DNA of 64,000 nucleotides from Planctomycetota bacterium (GTDB lineage Bacteria; Planctomycetota; PLA2; JAEUHO01): NCBI GenBank assembly GCA_965222115.1, contig CBDCTJ010000007.1, positions 480,001 to 544,000 of the forward strand, read 5' to 3'. Shown piece by piece: positions 58,233 to 64,000 of this stretch (position 1 is its first letter; each line of letters starts with the position of its first letter). The notes under the pieces were generated by a model. It saw only the letters and a program-made list of their open reading frames with translations, ran no database searches and was not told where the DNA came from. The position numbers and the translations under genes were made by a program.

Positions 58233-60847
58233 AGCGCGTTCTCCCGCTGTTGGTGGTGGTCCTTGCGCCGCTGTTCATGCTTCCAACCGTATGGAGCGAC
58301 CCGCTCTCCGCGGGCGAAGACGACGCGGTGTTCTTTCACCCGATTCGTGTCTTGGTGGGTGAATCGATTGCACGCGGTGAGTGGCCGATGGCCAATCCGC
58401 TAGAAGCCACAGGCAGCGCCCTGATGGGCGATCCACAGACGGCCGTGATGTATCCGCCCACGTGGCTGTTTGCGGTCATGGACGATATGCTTGCATATTC
58501 GATTTCGATTCTGCTCGCATTCGTGATTGCCGGGCTTGGCGCATATGCCTATTTGCGCCGACTCTCGCTGGTCTCGGTAGCAGCAACCGTGGGCGCGCTT
58601 GCATTCATGTTTGGCGGTTTCATGGTGGGCCACCGCGTACACCTGAGCATGATTCACACGGCGGCGTTCTTCCCGTGGGTCTTGTGGGGCATTGAAGGGC
58701 TACGCAATCCCCATCGACGTTTGCGATCGGCCTTCGCGCTCGCCATCACGTTCTTCTTGGCGATTGCCGCGGGGCATTGGCCCATCCTTGTGCACATGTC
58801 GCTGGCATGGGGCGTCTACTTCTTGGTACGCGCACGTCCACTCGTACCCGCGCTCGGTTACACGGCGGGCGCGGGAATCGTCGCGCTGGCATTGGCGGCG
58901 CCGCAACTCATGGCAAGCATGGATTTGCTGGAGCAGGCCACACGCAATCGTCTGGGCTATGCACTCGCGGGGGAGAACTCCTTTTTCCCCGCGGCACTCG
59001 TATTGCAACTCTTCCCGTTCCTTACAGGATCGCGCACGCCCAACTTCTTTGAACAGCCCTGGTGGGGCCCTGGGCATCTCTGCGAACAGTTGGGCTATGT
59101 CGGGCTGGTAACGCTTGTGCTCGCGGGTGCTACAGCCATGACGATTCGCCGCAAATCAAGCGCTGCCCATGCCTCACTCGTTCGCTGTTGGCTGTGGATG
59201 GGCATCGGTGCATTTCTGTTCATGCTTGGCTACTACCTTCCAACGTACCGCTTGATTCATGCGCTGCCGATCCTCGGCATTGTTCGCTGCCCCTCGCGCA
59301 TGGTGTTGGTGCTCACATTTGCATTGGCCACGCTTGCGGCTATCGGCGTTCACACCGCGATCGCACGCACGTCCCCCTTGGCAGAACGCATTCGTGAGCG
59401 AATACGGCGCTTTGTAAGCTTGTGGCTGCCCGCAACCATGGGACTTCTGGTCGCAACGCTCTTCGTATTGCCTTTGCTACTGCCCGATGCGTGGGCCAAG
59501 AACATGCCGTGGCCAATGACGGGCGGCGTGGATCACTTGCGAGGGGCGCTCTCACCCTCCAATCCGGCGCTGTGGGTTCCCCTTGTTCTCTGCGTGCTCA
59601 CCGCCGTTGCCGTGAGCCTGTGGAGCCGCGCGCCGACGAAACGCGCATGGATGATCGTTGCGATATTGCTGATGGACCTATTCATGATCACGCGCTTTGT
59701 GGATGTCCCCGCAAGCGACCACCCCACCTACAACCCGTCGGTGTCGTCTGCGGCAACATGGCTACGTGAGCAGGAACCGCCCCTCGGCACACACATCCTC
59801 AGTTTGACCGACACACGGCTGAAGCGCCCCGCCGAACGTGTGCTGCCCAAAGTGGCGCATGCGCTGGGTGTTTCCACCATCAACACCTACGGTCCCTTCC
59901 AATCCCCGGCCCACGCGCACTTATTCGAATTTCGCTTGTGGGGGGTGTCGCGTTCGTGGGCGTCGTTGCTGCGGCGCAATCATCTTCTGAGTCTCTATGG
60001 CGTGAAGTACATCATTGCGAGTGAACCGGAACACGTGGAGGTGTTGCGAAGCGTGAAGGTGATCAAAGATCCAAACGCAACGGCGCCGGGCCCGGAACTG
60101 CTCACGGCCTCATGGTCGTTTGCGAATGCGAAGCGAACGAATGACGTCATTGCGTTGGACGAGGCAAGTCCACTTTCGCCAGCCACTACCACGCAAACCG
60201 TCTCTCTAGAGCCGAACACACACTACCGCATGGCATTGGACGTGCGAGGTCCTGTGGACGGTGCCGCGCACTTCGTTCGCGCAGACTTTGTGGAGGACTT
60301 TGGTGGCGCCGCGCTTGGCTATGACGCCAATCCCTACGCACTGATGGCCTACGACGATCAAATCGGAACGTCGTGGCGTCATTTCGAATGGGACTTCACC
60401 ACACCGGCGGATGTGCCCGATCGATTGACATTTCGTGTGGCATCCATGGGCGAGCGGCCGATTGAACTTCGGCATATTTCCCTTCGTACGCACGCGCCCT
60501 ACACGCCACGCCTAAACGCGAAGCACGAACACAAAGGTCTGCGGGTCTACAAAGACGTTGCGTCCTTCGAACCCTTGCACCCAGGTGACCACGCGGTTCA
60601 CATCTTTGAAAATCAGCTGTTGGAAACAAACGCGTCGCGTCGCCACGTGCCCGCATCATCAGAAACCATCGAGGTACTTAAGTGGCGCCCCGGACCCTGG
60701 CTAGATGACGCCGCTCGACCACTTCCGTTCATTGGATTTCGCGTGCCGCCCGCGCCATGGGGCGCGTTCTATGGGGGCACCGTGCCTGCGCTTGTGTTGC
60801 TGCTGGTACTGGGTGCGTTCATCTACTGGAAACGCGCGGGAGAATAG
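58229..60847 (+). CDS. YfhO-like multi-pass GT-C membrane protein with large extracytoplasmic domain
   Basis: GEWPMANP...GDPQTAVMYPP, YVG, RCPSR, LLSLYGVKYII. Confidence 0.78.
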   Translation: MKRVLPLLVVVLAPLFMLPTVWSDPLSAGEDDAVFFHPIRVLVGESIARGEWPMANPLEATGSALMGDPQTAVMYPPTWLFAVMDDMLAYSISILLAFVIAGLGAYAYLRRLSLVSVAATVGALAFMFGGFMVGHRVHLSMIHTAAFFPWVLWGIEGLRNPHRRLRSAFALAITFFLAIAAGHWPILVHMSLAWGVYFLVRARPLVPALGYTAGAGIVALALAAPQLMASMDLLEQATRNRLGYALAGENSFFPAALVLQLFPFLTGSRTPNFFEQPWWGPGHLCEQLGYVGLVTLVLAGATAMTIRRKSSAAHASLVRCWLWMGIGAFLFMLGYYLPTYRLIHALPILGIVRCPSRMVLVLTFALATLAAIGVHTAIARTSPLAERIRERIRRFVSLWLPATMGLLVATLFVLPLLLPDAWAKNMPWPMTGGVDHLRGALSPSNPALWVPLVLCVLTAVAVSLWSRAPTKRAWMIVAILLMDLFMITRFVDVPASDHPTYNPSVSSAATWLREQEPPLGTHILSLTDTRLKRPAERVLPKVAHALGVSTINTYGPFQSPAHAHLFEFRLWGVSRSWASLLRRNHLLSLYGVKYIIASEPEHVEVLRSVKVIKDPNATAPGPELLTASWSFANAKRTNDVIALDEASPLSPATTTQTVSLEPNTHYRMALDVRGPVDGAAHFVRADFVEDFGGAALGYDANPYALMAYDDQIGTSWRHFEWDFTTPADVPDRLTFRVASMGERPIELRHISLRTHAPYTPRLNAKHEHKGLRVYKDVASFEPLHPGDHAVHIFENQLLETNASRRHVPASSETIEVLKWRPGPWLDDAARPLPFIGFRVPPAPWGAFYGGTVPALVLLLVLGAFIYWKRAGE

Positions 60848-60848
60848 T

Positions 60849-61730
60849 TCACGCGGGCCAGCGGATTTCAACCGAGCGTGGCGATTCACGTTCGAGGTCG
60901 TCGTCCTCAACCACAATCGGTAGTTCGGTAAACCCAACGTCTTTGCGATAGGCCGTAAGGAGATACTCCCCCTCCGGCAGCCCACGCAACCAGAACTCGC
61001 CCTGCTCCGTTGTTTCTTGTGTTGTGAGTTGGCGCGGCACATGACACGGCTGATCGGTGCGGCGAATGCTTATCAAAGACTCGATGGGGCTGCCGCTCGG
61101 GTCCACTGTGTGCCCATGAATGGTTGCGCCGCGTGCTGAAAGCAATACTTCAACTTCCGGTGCGGGTTCATCGGGCTTGACGAGAATGTCGCCTACCACA
61201 ACGGGCAAATACGGTCCGCCCCACGCCGTCACGATGTAGCGACCGGGCCGAATGCTCCACAAGAGAATGCGCGACTTCAACGTGGCGCCTACATCTTCGC
61301 AAACAATCTCGGGGCTGTGGATGCCATTGGCGGACACGCGTTTGAGCGTGTAGTGATACAGCGGCGGCGGCGGTGCGCTTGCTTCGGAACGAAAGACGAG
61401 CATCAGGCCTTGTGGACGTGCCAATCGAACACGCAATTGATCGGTGCCGGTGGGCACGGCCAGCACGCGCGCCTTCACTTGGCCAAGTGCAAATCGCAAG
61501 TCGTAGCGCCCCTGGGCCAAGCCGGTCAATTCAAAGCGACCATGGGCGTCGGTGAGTTCAGGGAGCAAATCCAAGTCGCCCCCACCCGTCGACGCCGCCT
61601 CGATGCGCACGCCCGGCAAGGGAACGTCTTTGGAGTCGGTGACGCGACCCGCAATTGTCCCGCCTTCCACGGACGGTGGGGTTGTCAGTTCATCGTCGTC
61701 CCAGGCACTCAACGCGAGGACTCCCTTCAA
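60849..61730 (-). CDS. Carboxypeptidase-regulatory-like domain protein
   Basis: GGTIAGRVTDSKDVPLPGVRI...TDAHGRFELTGLAQGRYDL, repeated at the C-terminus; start uncertain. Confidence 0.8.
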   Translation of the reverse strand: MKGVLALSAWDDDELTTPPSVEGGTIAGRVTDSKDVPLPGVRIEAASTGGGDLDLLPELTDAHGRFELTGLAQGRYDLRFALGQVKARVLAVPTGTDQLRVRLARPQGLMLVFRSEASAPPPPLYHYTLKRVSANGIHSPEIVCEDVGATLKSRILLWSIRPGRYIVTAWGGPYLPVVVGDILVKPDEPAPEVEVLLSARGATIHGHTVDPSGSPIESLISIRRTDQPCHVPRQLTTQETTEQGEFWLRGLPEGEYLLTAYRKDVGFTELPIVVEDDDLERESPRSVEIRWPA

Positions 61731-61852
61731 GGCGCGTACCTTACCTATATCAACTAGCGGAGTCCCATCGGACGGGTATCGTTCCGGACGACTTTCAATC
61801 TGCTGTTGAATAGGTTTGCCGCGCCCAATCGCGCGTATGTAGGAAACGAATT

Positions 61853-63373
<1,521 letters not shown>

Positions 63374-63416
63374 CACGAAGGGCTGTACCGCAGCCAAAGC
63401 ATGGAATGAGTGAAGG

Positions 63417-64000
63417 ATGTTTCTTCCGCTAAAGATTCTCCATCCGTACCAGCGCATTCACTATGCGACCTACGCGCTGATTGCACTCAATGTGCTCGTC
63501 TTCGCGCTCACGGTCAGTGATCTCGAATACGCGATTACCCACTACGGACTCTCCAAGCGATCGTTTTCGTTGCCCAGCCTAGTGACGTCGGCCTTTCTTC
63601 ACGCCGACATGTTTCACTTGCTGGGGAACATGATCATTTTGGTCGTGTACGGACGTTATGTCGAAGAACGACTTGGCCCCGCGCGATTTGTAGGCACGTA
63701 CGTGGCCTTTGGCGTGGTGGCGAACATCTTCTTTGTGGCATTTACAAGCGGAACGGGCGTTGGGGCCTCGGGATGCATCTCGGGACTCCTAGGATTCGTC
63801 CTTATCGGGGCACCGTGGGTTGTGGTTCACGTCCTGTTCCTGTTCTTCGTTCCCTTTGTGTTCCCGCGTTTTGACATAGAAGCATTCTGGGTCGTAGGGC
63901 TTTGGCTACTCCTCGAACTCGTTGGCGCACTGAGCGCGGGAGGCAATAGCCGCATTGCTTACGCCGCGCACTTTGGTGGCTTCATTGCCGGCGGCGCACT
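63417..64000 (+). CDS. Rhomboid intramembrane serine protease (runs off the window; absent from the ORF track)
   Basis: Hand translation: MFLPLK...FLHADMFHLLGNM...VEERLG...VGASG...AYAAHFGGF. Confidence 0.92.
   Translation, partial: MFLPLKILHPYQRIHYATYALIALNVLVFALTVSDLEYAITHYGLSKRSFSLPSLVTSAFLHADMFHLLGNMIILVVYGRYVEERLGPARFVGTYVAFGVVANIFFVAFTSGTGVGASGCISGLLGFVLIGAPWVVVHVLFLFFVPFVFPRFDIEAFWVVGLWLLLELVGALSAGGNSRIAYAAHFGGFIAGGA

Overview
GC-rich bacterial chromosomal window, most likely Planctomycetota (inferred from a planctomycete-type ECF sigma factor next to a large Ser/Thr kinase and several membrane-anchored carboxypeptidase-regulatory-like proteins). Housekeeping genes (rpsD, trpS, metG, gltX, pfkA, psd) are interleaved with accessory loci: PhoX; a TetR / CDGSH-glutamate-synthase-like / DoxX unit; a Tat-exported molybdoenzyme operon with no membrane anchor; a giant TPR-flanked alpha-2-macroglobulin; and a GT2/GT-C glycosylation cluster. 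The most interesting part is a ~9.5 kb island (about 25.9-35.4 kb). It holds a ParDE toxin-antitoxin pair and a complete IS110-family (IS1111-type) element whose 3' non-coding region contains readable bridge-RNA loops: the guides match this copy's own target site and its circle junction, with a CT/AG core. It also holds an exported RHS protein with an 11-cysteine basic cargo, followed not by a small immunity gene but by a 556-aa membrane-anchored beta-sandwich protein. I saw no rRNA, tRNA or CRISPR array. All calls come from reading motifs by eye; no database searches were run.
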